Assembly: GCA_965214835.1 (NCBI GenBank)
Contig: CBDCCK010000002.1
Coordinates: forward strand, 544,001 to 608,000
Direction: 5' to 3'
DNA from: Nitrosopumilaceae archaeon
Lineage (GTDB): Archaea > Thermoproteota > Nitrososphaeria > Nitrososphaerales > Nitrosopumilaceae
DNA length: 64,000 nt
Both the position numbers and the translations under genes were made by a program. This document shows, one piece after another, positions 19,524-30,429 of this stretch; within the stretch, counting starts at the first letter, position 1; every line of letters starts with the position of its first letter. The notes below the pieces were generated by a model, which worked only from the letters and a program-made list of their open reading frames with translations, was not told where the DNA came from and ran no database searches.

Positions 19524-20762
19524 TTGCCAAAGATCACATCAGTTGCAGGCCGGGTGCTATTCAACAGCAGGGGCGGCAGGACCATCGAGGTCGACATAGT
19601 ATCAGATGGCAGGTTTCTAGGAAGGGTTTGCGCCCCGTCGGGGGCAAGCGTGGGAAAATACGAGGCAGTCAGCTTTCCAAACTCGAACCCGGAGGAGAGC
19701 CTGCAGGTTCTAAACCAAAACGCGCAAAAATTCGTCGGACTGGACTCTGACAACCTGGAATCCATACACGGCACAATCAGAACGTTTGACGATACCCCAA
19801 ACTATTCAAGATGCGGGGGGGCGCTGGCGTTTGCAGTGACCATCGCGGCAATGGACTCGGCGTCAAAGGCGCTGGACCAGCCACTGTTCAAGACGCTGTC
19901 AAGGCATGAGGAGTACAGGTTTCCCTTCCCGTTGGGAAATATCCTGGGAGGCGGCGCGCATGCGGGCCCCGGAACGCCGGACATTCAGGAGATCCTGGTC
20001 TGCTCAAACGGCGCCAGGACGATCCTAGAGTCCATAGAGACGAATCTTGCAGTGCACGGGGAGCTTGGAAAAATCCTGCAAAGGAAGGATCCTGCCTTTA
20101 CAAGGGGGCGGGGGGATGAGGGTGGCTGGGCACCCAGGCTGGACAACGAGGGGGCGCTGGAGGTCTCGGCCAGGGCAATTGAGGGCCTCGGATACACCCT
20201 GGGAAAGGAGGTGTCGCTGGGAGTGGACTTTGCCTCATCCACGCAGTGGGACGAGCAAAGACAGAGATACGTCTACGACAGGGCAGGCTTTGAGAACTCG
20301 GCAGGGGAGCAGATTGAGTTTGTCTCCGAGATTATTGACAGGTACAAGCTTATCTATGCCGAGGACGCAGTGCACGAGGAGGCGTTTGGGGACATGGCCC
20401 AGATTGCGGCCAGATTCCCCAATACAATGGTTGCCGGGGACGACTTGACGGTAACCGACAGGGACATCCTGCAAAAGGCCGTTGATGAAAAATCATGCAA
20501 TGCTGCCATATTGAAGGTAAACCAGGCAGGAAGCCTGCTTGATGCGCTGGAATTTGCCGATCTTGCAGGCCAAAACAACGTCAGGCTGGTCACGTCCCAC
20601 AGGTCCGGGGAATCGGCGGACGCGCAGATCTCGCACATAGGAATTGCCACCAAGTCAAAAATGCTCAAGGCAGGCATAGTGGGCGGCGAGAGGGTGGCCA
20701 AGCTAAACGAGATGCTAAGACTCTCAGAGCATGATTTAATACGCGGTATGACAGAAATTTAA
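19524..20762 (+). CDS. eno: Enolase
   Basis: PSGAS, GDEGG, KVNQAG, SHRSGE, ERVAKLN. Confidence 0.95.
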   Translation: MPKITSVAGRVLFNSRGGRTIEVDIVSDGRFLGRVCAPSGASVGKYEAVSFPNSNPEESLQVLNQNAQKFVGLDSDNLESIHGTIRTFDDTPNYSRCGGALAFAVTIAAMDSASKALDQPLFKTLSRHEEYRFPFPLGNILGGGAHAGPGTPDIQEILVCSNGARTILESIETNLAVHGELGKILQRKDPAFTRGRGDEGGWAPRLDNEGALEVSARAIEGLGYTLGKEVSLGVDFASSTQWDEQRQRYVYDRAGFENSAGEQIEFVSEIIDRYKLIYAEDAVHEEAFGDMAQIAARFPNTMVAGDDLTVTDRDILQKAVDEKSCNAAILKVNQAGSLLDALEFADLAGQNNVRLVTSHRSGESADAQISHIGIATKSKMLKAGIVGGERVAKLNEMLRLSEHDLIRGMTEI

Positions 20763-20768
20763 AAATCG

Positions 20769-21392
20769 ATGAGTCAGCAGGCAGAGGGTCAGGACATAAA
20801 AAAGAAGATCCTGTCTACGGGAATCAGGGTAGGCACGCAGGTCAAGACCACCTTCATGAGGCCGTTCATTACAAAGGCAAGCCCCGAGGGACTCTACATG
20901 ATTGACCTGGATATCACGCTGGACAGGATAAAGACGGCGGCAAGATTTGTCAACAGGACAGGCATTGAGAACATCATTGTCTGCTCCGGCAGGCAGTATG
21001 CAAACACGCCAATTGAAAAGTTCTGCGAGGTTACCGGGGCAAAACACCTGCTGGGCAGGTTTATGCCGGGCACGCTGACCAACCCGTCCCTGCCGTATTA
21101 CATAGAGCCAAAGATGGTCATAATTTCCGATCCTCAGGTTGACGAACAGGCAATTACCGAGGCCACCAATGCGGGAATCCCAGTGGTGGGAATTTCCAAC
21201 ACGGACAACATTACGTCCAAGGTGGACCTGGTAATTCCCGCCAACAACAGGGGCAGAAAATCGCTTGCGACGATTTACTGGCTGCTGGCAAGGGAGATCC
21301 TAATCGAGCAGGCAAAGCTGGATGAGGAGGGATCAATGCAGTACGAGATCGATGACTTTGAGACAAAGATCAAGGAAGAGGATATCGAGTAA
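20769..21392 (+). CDS. rps2: 30S ribosomal protein uS2
   Basis: GRFMPGTLTN, IPANNRG. Confidence 0.97.
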   Translation: MSQQAEGQDIKKKILSTGIRVGTQVKTTFMRPFITKASPEGLYMIDLDITLDRIKTAARFVNRTGIENIIVCSGRQYANTPIEKFCEVTGAKHLLGRFMPGTLTNPSLPYYIEPKMVIISDPQVDEQAITEATNAGIPVVGISNTDNITSKVDLVIPANNRGRKSLATIYWLLAREILIEQAKLDEEGSMQYEIDDFETKIKEEDIE

Positions 21393-22225
21393 TGCAGGTT
21401 AGGACACCGGCAGTGGCCGGCATGTTCTATTCCGGCGAAAGGGGGCAGCTGATGCAGGAAATCAGGCGGTGTTTTCTCAGCGACTTTGGTCCGGGAAGGG
21501 AGCCCCCCGCGCCCCCGTCTGAAAAGATTTTCGGGATAATCTCCCCCCATGCGGGATACATGTACTCGGGCCCGGTGGCGGCCCAGTCATTTTATGCCAT
21601 CTCAAGCCAAAGGTTTGATCTGGCAGCAATCATAGGCCCCAATCACTGGGGAATCGGGGAAAATGTGGCAGTGATGGGGGACGGCATGTGGCAGACGCCG
21701 CTGGGCAGCATGGAGGTGGACTCGGAGGCCGCAGACATGGCAGGGCGGAGTGAAAAAATCAGCGTTGATTTTTTTTCGCACACCAGGGATCACAGCCTGG
21801 AGGTGCAGGTACCCATGCTGCAGTACGTCTTCCGGGACAGGATCAAGATTCTTCCCGTCATACTAAATAGCCAGGACATTGATACGGCAGTGGAGGTTGG
21901 AGAAAAAATGGCAGAGATCGCCCTGCACAAGGACACGATGATCGTAGGCTCGTCTGATTTTACGCATTACGAAGGCAATGACTTTGCACACAGCCAGGAC
22001 TCGGCACTGCTGGAGCCTATAAAGCGGCTAGATGTCAAGGGGTTTTACTCGGTCCTGAGGGAGAAAAACGTCTCGGCGTGCGGATATGGCGCGATTGCCG
22101 CCACCATGGTCGCATGCAGGAGGCTCGGGGCCACGAGGGGGGACGCAGTACAGTATGCGACTAGCGGTGACATAGCCGGGGACAAGAGCTCGGTAGTCGG
22201 ATACGGATCAGTTGTGTTTAGTTGA
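21392..22225 (+). CDS. MEMO1 family protein
   Basis: RTPAVAGMFY, PHAGYMYSG, HSLEVQ, SSDFTHY. Confidence 0.92.
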   Translation: MQVRTPAVAGMFYSGERGQLMQEIRRCFLSDFGPGREPPAPPSEKIFGIISPHAGYMYSGPVAAQSFYAISSQRFDLAAIIGPNHWGIGENVAVMGDGMWQTPLGSMEVDSEAADMAGRSEKISVDFFSHTRDHSLEVQVPMLQYVFRDRIKILPVILNSQDIDTAVEVGEKMAEIALHKDTMIVGSSDFTHYEGNDFAHSQDSALLEPIKRLDVKGFYSVLREKNVSACGYGAIAATMVACRRLGATRGDAVQYATSGDIAGDKSSVVGYGSVVFS

Positions 22226-23163
22226 CATCAAAAGCTTCGGCCCCCGGCAAGATAATCCTGTTTGGAGAGCACTTTGTAGTCCACGGGGTAAGGGCGATTT
22301 TAGCTGCAATTGACAGGAGGATAACGGTGACATCAGAGACGATCGATGAGCCAGCTATAAAGATAGAGTCCGGGCTGGGGGACGAGGAGATTGGGGTTTC
22401 AGACGCGGCAAGAACCCCCGAGCTGAGGCCCTTTGAGTTTCTTGCAAAAAAAATGATCAGGGAGTTTTCGCACCGTGGTGGGATCAAGATCAGGATTGAG
22501 TCGGACATACCCCACGGGGTGGGGCTGGGCTCGTCATCGGCATCATGTGTGGCAGCTGCCGCATCAGTTGCCGGGCTGTTCACAAGGTACACAGAGGGCG
22601 AGATTTGCAGGCTGGCAATAGAGGCTGAAAAAACGATATTCAAGGACACGTCGGGTGCGGACTGTACCGTATGTACCTATGGCGGCATAATCACGTACGA
22701 CAAAAACACGGGATTTGAAAAGATCGAGTTCGAGCCGAGCCTTCAGCTGATAATCTCCGATTCGGGGATGACCCACTCCACGGGGGAGGTGGTTGCAAGG
22801 GTCTCAAGATACAAGGAGGGCAGTCCAGAAAGGTTCGAGGATCTGTGCAGGAAGGAGTCGCGCCTGATAGACAGGGCAAGGGGGCAGATTCAAAGCGGGG
22901 AGCCAGAACTGATAGGGGAATCCATGAAGGAAAACCAGCGGTACCTAGAGGAGATCGGCGTATCCAACCAGGCCCTGCAAAAAATGACTGCGCTTGCAGA
23001 CCTGCACAGCTTTGGCTCCAAGATTACCGGGGCCGGGGGCGGGGGATGCATAATATCAATCACAGACGAGCCGTCCCTAGGGCAGACAGTCAAAAGGCTG
23101 CAGGAAAACCGGATCCGGTCATTTGGGGCAAAAATCGACTATTCGGGATTGGAGACTTTTTAA
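22222..23163 (+). CDS. mvk: Mevalonate kinase
   Basis: APGKIILFGEH, GLGSS, KITGAGGGG GHMP motifs. Confidence 0.93.
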   Translation: MTSKASAPGKIILFGEHFVVHGVRAILAAIDRRITVTSETIDEPAIKIESGLGDEEIGVSDAARTPELRPFEFLAKKMIREFSHRGGIKIRIESDIPHGVGLGSSSASCVAAAASVAGLFTRYTEGEICRLAIEAEKTIFKDTSGADCTVCTYGGIITYDKNTGFEKIEFEPSLQLIISDSGMTHSTGEVVARVSRYKEGSPERFEDLCRKESRLIDRARGQIQSGEPELIGESMKENQRYLEEIGVSNQALQKMTALADLHSFGSKITGAGGGGCIISITDEPSLGQTVKRLQENRIRSFGAKIDYSGLETF

Positions 23164-23187
23164 CTGGCCGGCAGGGCCTGTAAAAAC

Positions 23188-23931
23188 ATGATTCTGCTAA
23201 AGCTGGGAGGCTCTATCATTACAAACAAGAAAAGGGCCCTCTCTGCAAGAAGAAGGGCCATCGACTCCATCATGAAGGGCCTCAAAAAAATCAAGGGGCC
23301 CGTGGTCATCGTGCACGGGGGCGGATCCTACGGCCACTACTGGTCCGTAAAATATGACATGCATACAAGGCCGGCAAAATACGACCTGCGCGGAGTATCA
23401 ACGGTAAAAAACTCCATGATCGAGCTGGACAAGATAGTCTTGGACTCTATGCTAAAAAACAGGCTAAGGCCGTACTCGGTTCCGCCTGCCTGCCTTATGA
23501 GAGGAGACAGGCCGATCACGGGGAGGATCAGGGAGCTAGAGGGCATTGCAAGGTCGGGGCTAGTTCCGGTAACGTACGGGGACGCCCTGTGGTACGGACA
23601 AAAAAAGTCCTACATCCTGTCAGGGGACAGGATAATGACCCACGTTGCAAGGGTTCTGAGGCCAAGGCTGTCGATATTTGCGCTAGACGTCGACGGGGTT
23701 TATTCCGACCTTAAAACCAAGAATCTGATCAGGGAGGTCAGGGGGGAAAAGGTGAGCGTCTCAGACGTAAGGATGGACGTAACGGGCGGAATGGGCAGGA
23801 AGATGAAGGAGGCGGCCAATATCTCAAAGATGGGGCTGAGGGTGTTTTTTGCCAACGGGAACAGGCCAGAAAGGATTGTGAGTGCGGCCAATAGGAACAA
23901 ATTTGAGGGAACCCTGTTCAAGAGTCGGTAA
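23188..23931 (+). CDS. ipk: Isopentenyl phosphate kinase
   Basis: KLGGS, VHGGGSYGH, SGD, DVTGGM; mevalonate context. Confidence 0.9.
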   Translation: MILLKLGGSIITNKKRALSARRRAIDSIMKGLKKIKGPVVIVHGGGSYGHYWSVKYDMHTRPAKYDLRGVSTVKNSMIELDKIVLDSMLKNRLRPYSVPPACLMRGDRPITGRIRELEGIARSGLVPVTYGDALWYGQKKSYILSGDRIMTHVARVLRPRLSIFALDVDGVYSDLKTKNLIREVRGEKVSVSDVRMDVTGGMGRKMKEAANISKMGLRVFFANGNRPERIVSAANRNKFEGTLFKSR

Positions 23932-23932
23932 C

Positions 23933-24577
23933 ATGGCTGAGTTTGTAATTTTGGTGGATGGCCGTGACAGGCCAATCGGACTAGAGGAGAAGGTGAGGTG
24001 CCACCTGCCAGACGGCAAGCTGCACAGGGCGTTTACGGCGCTACTCTTTGACGCCGATGGAAGGTTGGTGCTGGCCAGGCGCAGCCCCGGCAAGATGCTG
24101 TGGCCAGGCGACTGGGACGGTACATTTGCAAGCCATCCAAGGGAGGGGGAAACCTACGTGTCGTCTGCAGAGAGGAGAATGCCCGAGGAGATGGGGCTCA
24201 GATGCAGCATGGACTACCTGTTCAAGTTCGAGTATCATGTCCCGTACAGGGATGTCGGCTCTGAAAATGAAATCTGTGGAACGCTGATGGGGATTGCAGA
24301 AAGTGGCGCCAAGTTTGACTTGATTGAGGGCGAGATCTCCGAGATCAGGCCCGTCTCGGCAGACGAGCTTTGCTCGGAGCTGAGGGGAAGGCCAGAGGCC
24401 TATTGTCCGTGGATGCTGATTGCGCTGTACCTCCTAGACACCTCGAGGCCGGAAATGCTCGAAAAGCACAAAAATGTTTTAGGGGGATGGATCAGATCAG
24501 AGGTGAAGGCGCAGATGAAAAAATCGATTGATGCCCATTTGCCAGAGTCCCAGTGGAGGCCCGTAAAAGATGAGTAG
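23933..24577 (+). CDS. idi: Isopentenyl-diphosphate isomerase type 1 (Nudix-like)
   Basis: LHRAF, SHP, ENE motifs. Confidence 0.88.
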   Translation: MAEFVILVDGRDRPIGLEEKVRCHLPDGKLHRAFTALLFDADGRLVLARRSPGKMLWPGDWDGTFASHPREGETYVSSAERRMPEEMGLRCSMDYLFKFEYHVPYRDVGSENEICGTLMGIAESGAKFDLIEGEISEIRPVSADELCSELRGRPEAYCPWMLIALYLLDTSRPEMLEKHKNVLGGWIRSEVKAQMKKSIDAHLPESQWRPVKDE

Positions 24578-25547
24578 GGATCCCATGGAAAAAAACGCCA
24601 TGGCGGTAAACAGGTACCTGGCATCAAAGATCAGGGGAGAGCCCAAGACCCTATACAAGGCAGCAGCTCACCTGATCGAGAGCGGGGGGAAAAGACTGCG
24701 CCCGTACATGGTAATCAAGAGCTGTCAGATTCTGGGAGGCACCTCCGGCAAGGCCATGTTTGCTGCCGGGGCAGTGGAGATGGTGCACAACTTTACCCTG
24801 GTCCATGACGACATAATGGACAACGATGAGGTGCGCCACGGCGTGCCCACGGTACACAAAAAATACGGCGACGCGCTGGCAATACTGGCAGGAGATGTCC
24901 TGTTTTCAAAGGCCTTTCATACGGCATCGCAGTCGGCCATCCCTCCAAAAAGATCGATGGAGCTCCTCCTGAGGCTGTCAAGGGCGTGCGTGGAGGTTTG
25001 CGAGGGCCAGGTCCTAGACGTCATGATGGCAGAGAGCAAGAAGATTCCCACCCAGGCGCAGTACATCTACATGATACGCAAGAAAACCGCGGCGCTCTTT
25101 GACGTGTCGTGTGCAATGGGCGCAATCTGCGCAGGCGGAGGATCAAGGGACATAGCGAACCTAGCGTCGTTTGGAAAAAACCTGGGAATAGCGTTTCAGA
25201 TTACAGACGACCTGATCGGGGTGATGGGGGATCCAAAAGTCACAAAAAAACCCGTCGGAAACGACCTGCGCGAGGGGAAAAAATCCCTGCCCATAGTCAT
25301 GGCAATCAACAGGTCAGCAGGCAGCGACAAGAGGGCCATCCTGAGGTGCTTTGGAAACCCCGGGGCAGGCAGGAGGGATCTTCAAAGGGCCGTAGACACA
25401 GTCAGAAGGCTGGGAATCGAAGAGTCCGTCAGGGATCAGGCGCTAAGATACGCAAAAAAGGCAGAAAGGTCGCTGGGAGGCTATGGGGGGCCGGCAAAGA
25501 GGGAGCTGGTATCCCTCCTGGACTTTGTGGTAAAGAGAAGGGGATAG
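24570..25547 (+). CDS. Geranylgeranyl diphosphate synthase (polyprenyl synthetase)
   Basis: GGKRLRP, HDDIMD, KTA, FQITDD. Confidence 0.92.
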   Translation: MSRDPMEKNAMAVNRYLASKIRGEPKTLYKAAAHLIESGGKRLRPYMVIKSCQILGGTSGKAMFAAGAVEMVHNFTLVHDDIMDNDEVRHGVPTVHKKYGDALAILAGDVLFSKAFHTASQSAIPPKRSMELLLRLSRACVEVCEGQVLDVMMAESKKIPTQAQYIYMIRKKTAALFDVSCAMGAICAGGGSRDIANLASFGKNLGIAFQITDDLIGVMGDPKVTKKPVGNDLREGKKSLPIVMAINRSAGSDKRAILRCFGNPGAGRRDLQRAVDTVRRLGIEESVRDQALRYAKKAERSLGGYGGPAKRELVSLLDFVVKRRG

Positions 25548-25564
25548 GGCGCCTGAGGGGGAAA

Positions 25565-26011
25565 ATGAGCGACGACGACCCATCCAAAGCCACAAGGCTG
25601 TTCCGTGAGGAGGCTGACGGCTTTGAGAGGATGATCAGGGAGGTGCCGGGAAATGTTGACTCGCTTGACATTGCGGGGATTGTCAGGTGCTACTATCAGG
25701 TCATGAGCATGTCATCGATCATCAGGGCGTTAAAATCCCAGAGCCCGGGGCGGGGCGGGGCGGAGCTGGCAGGACAGATTGCAGGAATCGAGAGGCAGAT
25801 TCGTGAGAGGTTTGACTGCAGCATACACCCCGCAATAATGTCGCGCATATCAGAGTCAGCAGACCGGCAGATGGCATCCCTAAGGGAGTCAAGGGCCGGG
25901 GGAAAGGCCGGGGAGGATATTGAGGACGAGGCCAGGCTGTTTGAAAGGCTGAGGGAGACCATGAGTACCAAGGAGTTCGTTGAGCAATACGACAAAGGGC
26001 TTGGGCCATGA
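25565..26011 (+). CDS. Hypothetical protein
   Basis: In-operon ORF; ATGA overlap with the next gene. Confidence 0.7.
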   Translation: MSDDDPSKATRLFREEADGFERMIREVPGNVDSLDIAGIVRCYYQVMSMSSIIRALKSQSPGRGGAELAGQIAGIERQIRERFDCSIHPAIMSRISESADRQMASLRESRAGGKAGEDIEDEARLFERLRETMSTKEFVEQYDKGLGP

Positions 26012-26811
26012 TTGAGGAGTTTGCGGAAAAAATCGTATCGCTGAAAAGGGAGTTTGCTAAAAACTACGGTGGTGCAAGCAACATACAGGAGATCATACCA
26101 AGCTCGAAGATATTCACCGATGGCGAGAGGCTAAGGGAGTTTGCGGAAAAAAATCCGATCTACTACAACTCGTACCGGGAAAGGATCTCCGAAACGGACT
26201 GCCTTGTCTATGAGGGGGACGTCAACGAGTACTGGCTGAGCAGCATCACGCAGGAGTCAAGCCATGCGCCCTTTTGGCCCACATGGATTGTATCGGCATA
26301 CCTGCTGGCAAGCGAGTTGAAGAGCATGGGATACGAGGAGGTTGTGGACGTCGGCTCCGGAGACGGGAGAATTGCGTTTTTTGCAAGGAGTCTGGGAGTC
26401 AGGGCGTACAGCCTGGAACTGGATGGCAGGCTAGTCGACCTGCAAAAAAGCATCGCTAAAAAAACACGGGTTGACTTTGGGCCGATCCGTGCCGATGCTG
26501 CCAGGCATGATTTTGCGGGAATGGGCCTGAAGAGCCCGGCGTTTTGCATCGGGGGCCTGGCCCAGATGGGGGGAGACGCCCTAGCATCAGGCGTGATTGA
26601 AGGCATTTCAAGAGGGGACGGGCTGAGGGCCAGATCGGGATTTGTTTTTGCGGGGACGTTTTCCCAGAAATATGCAAAAAGCGAGCTTGACGCGGGGTGG
26701 GGGCCCCTGATCAGCGAAAACGGGATGGTCAAGACAAACACGGTATCCCTGCCCACGGCATGGACGTTTCATGAGCCAGAGGAGACGCCGTACATCTTTG
26801 CGAGGTTTTGA
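26008..26811 (+). CDS. SAM-dependent methyltransferase-like protein
   Basis: VDVGSGDGR motif I. Confidence 0.7.
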   Translation: MIEEFAEKIVSLKREFAKNYGGASNIQEIIPSSKIFTDGERLREFAEKNPIYYNSYRERISETDCLVYEGDVNEYWLSSITQESSHAPFWPTWIVSAYLLASELKSMGYEEVVDVGSGDGRIAFFARSLGVRAYSLELDGRLVDLQKSIAKKTRVDFGPIRADAARHDFAGMGLKSPAFCIGGLAQMGGDALASGVIEGISRGDGLRARSGFVFAGTFSQKYAKSELDAGWGPLISENGMVKTNTVSLPTAWTFHEPEETPYIFARF

Positions 26812-26870
26812 GCGGGCAATCGGATTTTCATGCCTGAATGCCCTACAGCTAGTATAAAAAAGACGCAGGG

Positions 26871-28604
26871 GTGACCGATCCAGGGGTAGGAGTTTTGGAG
26901 GACGGCATAAAAGAGGAGATCAGAAAGCTTGCGCTGCAAAACGCATTTGGGCACGGGGGCAGGACAAACTACAAGGTCGTCCTCTCAAAGGTTCTAGGGG
27001 CCCTTCCAGAACTCAGGGGCAGGGCCGGGGAGGTCTCCGCCGAGGTCACGCCAATCGTCGACGAGGTAAACGGCCTCTCACATGACGAACAAAGGGTGGA
27101 GCTGGAGAAAAACCACCCGGATCTACTGCAAAGGGAAAGGCCGAGGCAGGAGGGGCCGCAGCTGCCGGAATTGGAGGGGGCAGAAAGCGGCAGGGTTGTC
27201 ACGCGCTTCCCGCCGGAGCCAAACGGATATCCCCACATAGGGCATGCAAAGGCGGCCATCATCAACTCCGAATACGCAGACATGTACGGCGGAAGGAAAA
27301 TCCTCCGGTTTGATGATACCAATCCCGAGACGGAGCGCAAGGAGTTCTATGCGGCAATCAAGGTAGGCCTGGACTGGCTTGGAATCGAGTACGACACCAT
27401 AAAAAACACCTCCGACGACATCAGGATGATTTATCAAAAGGGGCTGTACATGGTTGAGACAGGCAGGGCCTACGTATGCACGTGCAAGCGAGACGACGTC
27501 GGCAGGAACAGAAGGGAGATGAGGGCATGCAAGTGCAGTGCGATGGATCAGGATCTGACCCTGGACAGATGGCACAAAATGTTTGAGGGCTTCAAGCCGG
27601 GGGAGGCCATTGTCAGGTTCAGGGGCGACATGGGATCGGAGAACACCGTAATGCGGGATCCGGTACTGTTCAGAATTACGGAGGGCACGCATCCGAAGGT
27701 CGGCGACCAATACAGGGTTTGGCCAAGCTATGACCTTGCGGTGGCCATAGAGGACAGCGTTGACGGGGTGACTCACGCATTCAGATCAAAAGAGTACGAG
27801 CTGAGAGGCGAGCTTTACTATTCAATACTGGATGCACTGGGCATGAGAAAGCCAAGACTGCTGGAGTTCTCACGCCTGGCATTCAAGGGGATGCCGGTCT
27901 CCAAAAGAGTCCTAAAGCAGCTGATCGAGGAGAGAAGGATCTCATGGTACGACGATCCAAGGCTTCCCACGCTAGAGGCACTGCGGAAAAGGGGAATCAG
28001 GCCGGAGGCAGTAAAGAGATTCGTCCTGTCACTGGGGTTTACAAAGTCAGATACGCTTGCGCCGTTTGACTCCCTGGAGGCGTTTAATCGGAGGATCATT
28101 GATGCAAAAAGCACCAGGCTAGGCATGGTAAGGAGTCCAAGAAAGCTCACCATCACAGGCCTGCCAGGCAGCTCCGTGGAGGTTCAGAACCACCCCTCGG
28201 GGGACATGGGTAAAAGAAGGGTCGAGATCGGCGGCGCCGTATACGTCTCATCGGAGGACTGCAGAGGCGCCCGGGCAGGGGACAGGATCAGGCTGATGGG
28301 GCTGGGAAACGTAAGGATTACAAAAAACTCTGCAGGACTGGAGGGGGAATACACGGATGACGAGACGGGCGCGGGATATCCGAAGATGCAGTGGGTTCCC
28401 CACGATACGGCGCACAGGATCAGGATCCTGGTTCCAGGGCCGCTGTTTGTAGATGATCAGTATAACGAGGACAGCCTGGTGGAGGTAGATGCGCTCACAG
28501 AGCCACACTACCTGGAGCTGGTGGACGGGGATTCGATCCAGTTCATCAGGTTCGGGTACTGCAGAAAGGACTCAAGAAGCCAGGCAATCTACACGCACAA
28601 GTGA
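26871..28604 (+). CDS. gltX: Glutamate--tRNA ligase
   Basis: TRFPPEPNG, HIGH, RFDDTNP, VSKR. Confidence 0.96.
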   Translation: MTDPGVGVLEDGIKEEIRKLALQNAFGHGGRTNYKVVLSKVLGALPELRGRAGEVSAEVTPIVDEVNGLSHDEQRVELEKNHPDLLQRERPRQEGPQLPELEGAESGRVVTRFPPEPNGYPHIGHAKAAIINSEYADMYGGRKILRFDDTNPETERKEFYAAIKVGLDWLGIEYDTIKNTSDDIRMIYQKGLYMVETGRAYVCTCKRDDVGRNRREMRACKCSAMDQDLTLDRWHKMFEGFKPGEAIVRFRGDMGSENTVMRDPVLFRITEGTHPKVGDQYRVWPSYDLAVAIEDSVDGVTHAFRSKEYELRGELYYSILDALGMRKPRLLEFSRLAFKGMPVSKRVLKQLIEERRISWYDDPRLPTLEALRKRGIRPEAVKRFVLSLGFTKSDTLAPFDSLEAFNRRIIDAKSTRLGMVRSPRKLTITGLPGSSVEVQNHPSGDMGKRRVEIGGAVYVSSEDCRGARAGDRIRLMGLGNVRITKNSAGLEGEYTDDETGAGYPKMQWVPHDTAHRIRILVPGPLFVDDQYNEDSLVEVDALTEPHYLELVDGDSIQFIRFGYCRKDSRSQAIYTHK

Positions 28605-28610
28605 TCGAGG

Positions 28611-29474
28611 ATGAGGATAGCAAGGCTGGGGCACGGCGGCGGGGAGACCTATGGAATCGTAAGGGAAGGCAGGGTTGCGACAAGGGACGAGATCACGTAT
28701 GCGACCGGGGTGCCGATTCCGCACAGCATCAAGGACTTTCTTTTTGATGGGTGGCTTGAGGAGGTCGGGGCAAGGAGCTCGAAGCTGAGGTACGGGGAGG
28801 AGCTCTCAAAGTTCAGGCTTTTGCATCCGATACCCAACCCGCCCAAGGTCGTGTGCCTGGCGTTTAACTACGTCGATCACGCAAGGGAGCAAAACCTCCG
28901 GCCCCCCGAGGATCCTGCCCTGGTCATAAAGCCACGAACCGCACTGACCGGGGCGGACTCGGACATCGCTTATCCAGAATTCATCACACAGCTAGACTAC
29001 GAGGTTGAGCTTGCGCTGATAATGGGCAGGACCGTCAGGGACATAGGTGAGTCAGAGGCGCTTGATGCCGTGTTTGGATACATGATACTCAACGACGTCT
29101 CTGCCAGGGATCTGCAGTTCAAAGACGGGCAGTTCACCAGGGCAAAGGGCTGCGATACGTTTGCGCCGTGTGGTCCCTGGATAACCACAAGGGACGAGGT
29201 CAGGGACCCGCATGATCTGAGACTGTCGACAAGGGTCAACGGCGAGGTAAGGCAGGACTCGTCTACAAGCAACATGTTCATCAAGATCCCCGCGATAGTT
29301 TCAAAAATTAGCAAGTGCATGACGATTGAAAGGGGGGACATCATCTCGACGGGCACGCCGGCAGGGGTCATGCTAAACAAGCCGGGCGCGGTGTTTCTCA
29401 GAGACGGCGATCAGGTGGAGATGGAGATCGAGGGGCTTGGAAGGCTGCGCAATACAGTCAGGGCCAGAAGGTGA
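28611..29474 (+). CDS. Fumarylacetoacetate hydrolase family protein
   Basis: DYEVEL, NDVSARD, GTPAGV. Confidence 0.92.
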   Translation: MRIARLGHGGGETYGIVREGRVATRDEITYATGVPIPHSIKDFLFDGWLEEVGARSSKLRYGEELSKFRLLHPIPNPPKVVCLAFNYVDHAREQNLRPPEDPALVIKPRTALTGADSDIAYPEFITQLDYEVELALIMGRTVRDIGESEALDAVFGYMILNDVSARDLQFKDGQFTRAKGCDTFAPCGPWITTRDEVRDPHDLRLSTRVNGEVRQDSSTSNMFIKIPAIVSKISKCMTIERGDIISTGTPAGVMLNKPGAVFLRDGDQVEMEIEGLGRLRNTVRARR

Positions 29475-29793
29475 GTCCCGGCAGCAGGGGGTGGCAGCCC
29501 TCCCCATCGCCTGCAGAGAACCCCACGCTGGCCAAAGGCCGCAGTCCCGATGCGTCGTTTTGTGATCTGCGACCTTAAAGCCGCACGGCATGACATGCAG
29601 TGGGATCCAGAATCACGCCGAATCACGGAATTGGGGGCAGACTTGCAGGCGGTAAGGGGGAACCGGCGCGGGCCAGGCAGGGCCGCCCTAGGAGAGGGGT
29701 GCTTCTGCAGGAATCCGGGTACTGATCTTTGCGAGATGCGCCCGGCCTTTGCGGGCTTGAACAATTATTAAGAATGGCCAGGTTTTACGTATC

Positions 29794-30102
29794 ATGGGAA
29801 GGATCATCGCCGGAAAGGCATCTGAGATCCCCGACGGCAGGATATGCAGGGTCTCAGTTGACGGAAGGGACGTTGCGGTGGTTAATCTGGGGGGACAGTA
29901 CCTTGCATTTGATGATACGTGCACCCACGCAGGAGCCAGCCTGTCGGAGGGTAGGATTGACGGCTGCAGGATAGTGTGCGGGTGGCATGCCGCAGAGTTT
30001 GACTGCAAGACCGGGAGACTGGAGAAGTTTCCAGCAAAAATCCGTGATCTGCAGGCATACAGGACGGTAGTGGAATCAGACAATGTCTTCATCGAGGTAT
30101 AG
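29794..30102 (+). CDS. Rieske-type ferredoxin
   Basis: CTH...CGWH ligands. Confidence 0.9.
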   Translation: MGRIIAGKASEIPDGRICRVSVDGRDVAVVNLGGQYLAFDDTCTHAGASLSEGRIDGCRIVCGWHAAEFDCKTGRLEKFPAKIRDLQAYRTVVESDNVFIEV

Positions 30103-30135
30103 ACAGAAATATCACACGGATCATTGGTGAATAAG

Positions 30136-30405
30136 ATGGCAGGCAATGCACAAAACAAAGAGTCCATGAAGGAGTCCGTCGACATGCTAAGCCAAATAGC
30201 GTCAAACCCCTCCACGCCAAAAACCATCAAAAAGACGATTGCCGACTTGGTAGCGGAGCTGGACAGCGAAGAGTACACACTATCCGTAAGGGCCGCAAAT
30301 GCAGTCAGCATGCTTGATGACATAACGCAGGATCCAAACATGCCGTCATATGTTCGGACGCAGCTGTGGCAGGCAGTCTCGAAACTAGAGGGCATAAGAG
30401 AATAA
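30136..30405 (+). CDS. UPF0147 family protein
   Basis: DPNMPSYVRTQLW motif. Confidence 0.85.
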   Translation: MAGNAQNKESMKESVDMLSQIASNPSTPKTIKKTIADLVAELDSEEYTLSVRAANAVSMLDDITQDPNMPSYVRTQLWQAVSKLEGIRE

Positions 30406-30429
30406 ATTCCACGAAGGTTTAGAGGCGGT

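Noticed and set aside
29475-29790. Structured ncRNA (SRP, RNase P or riboswitch)
   Set aside because: GC-rich intergenic sequence but no diagnostic motifs recognised.
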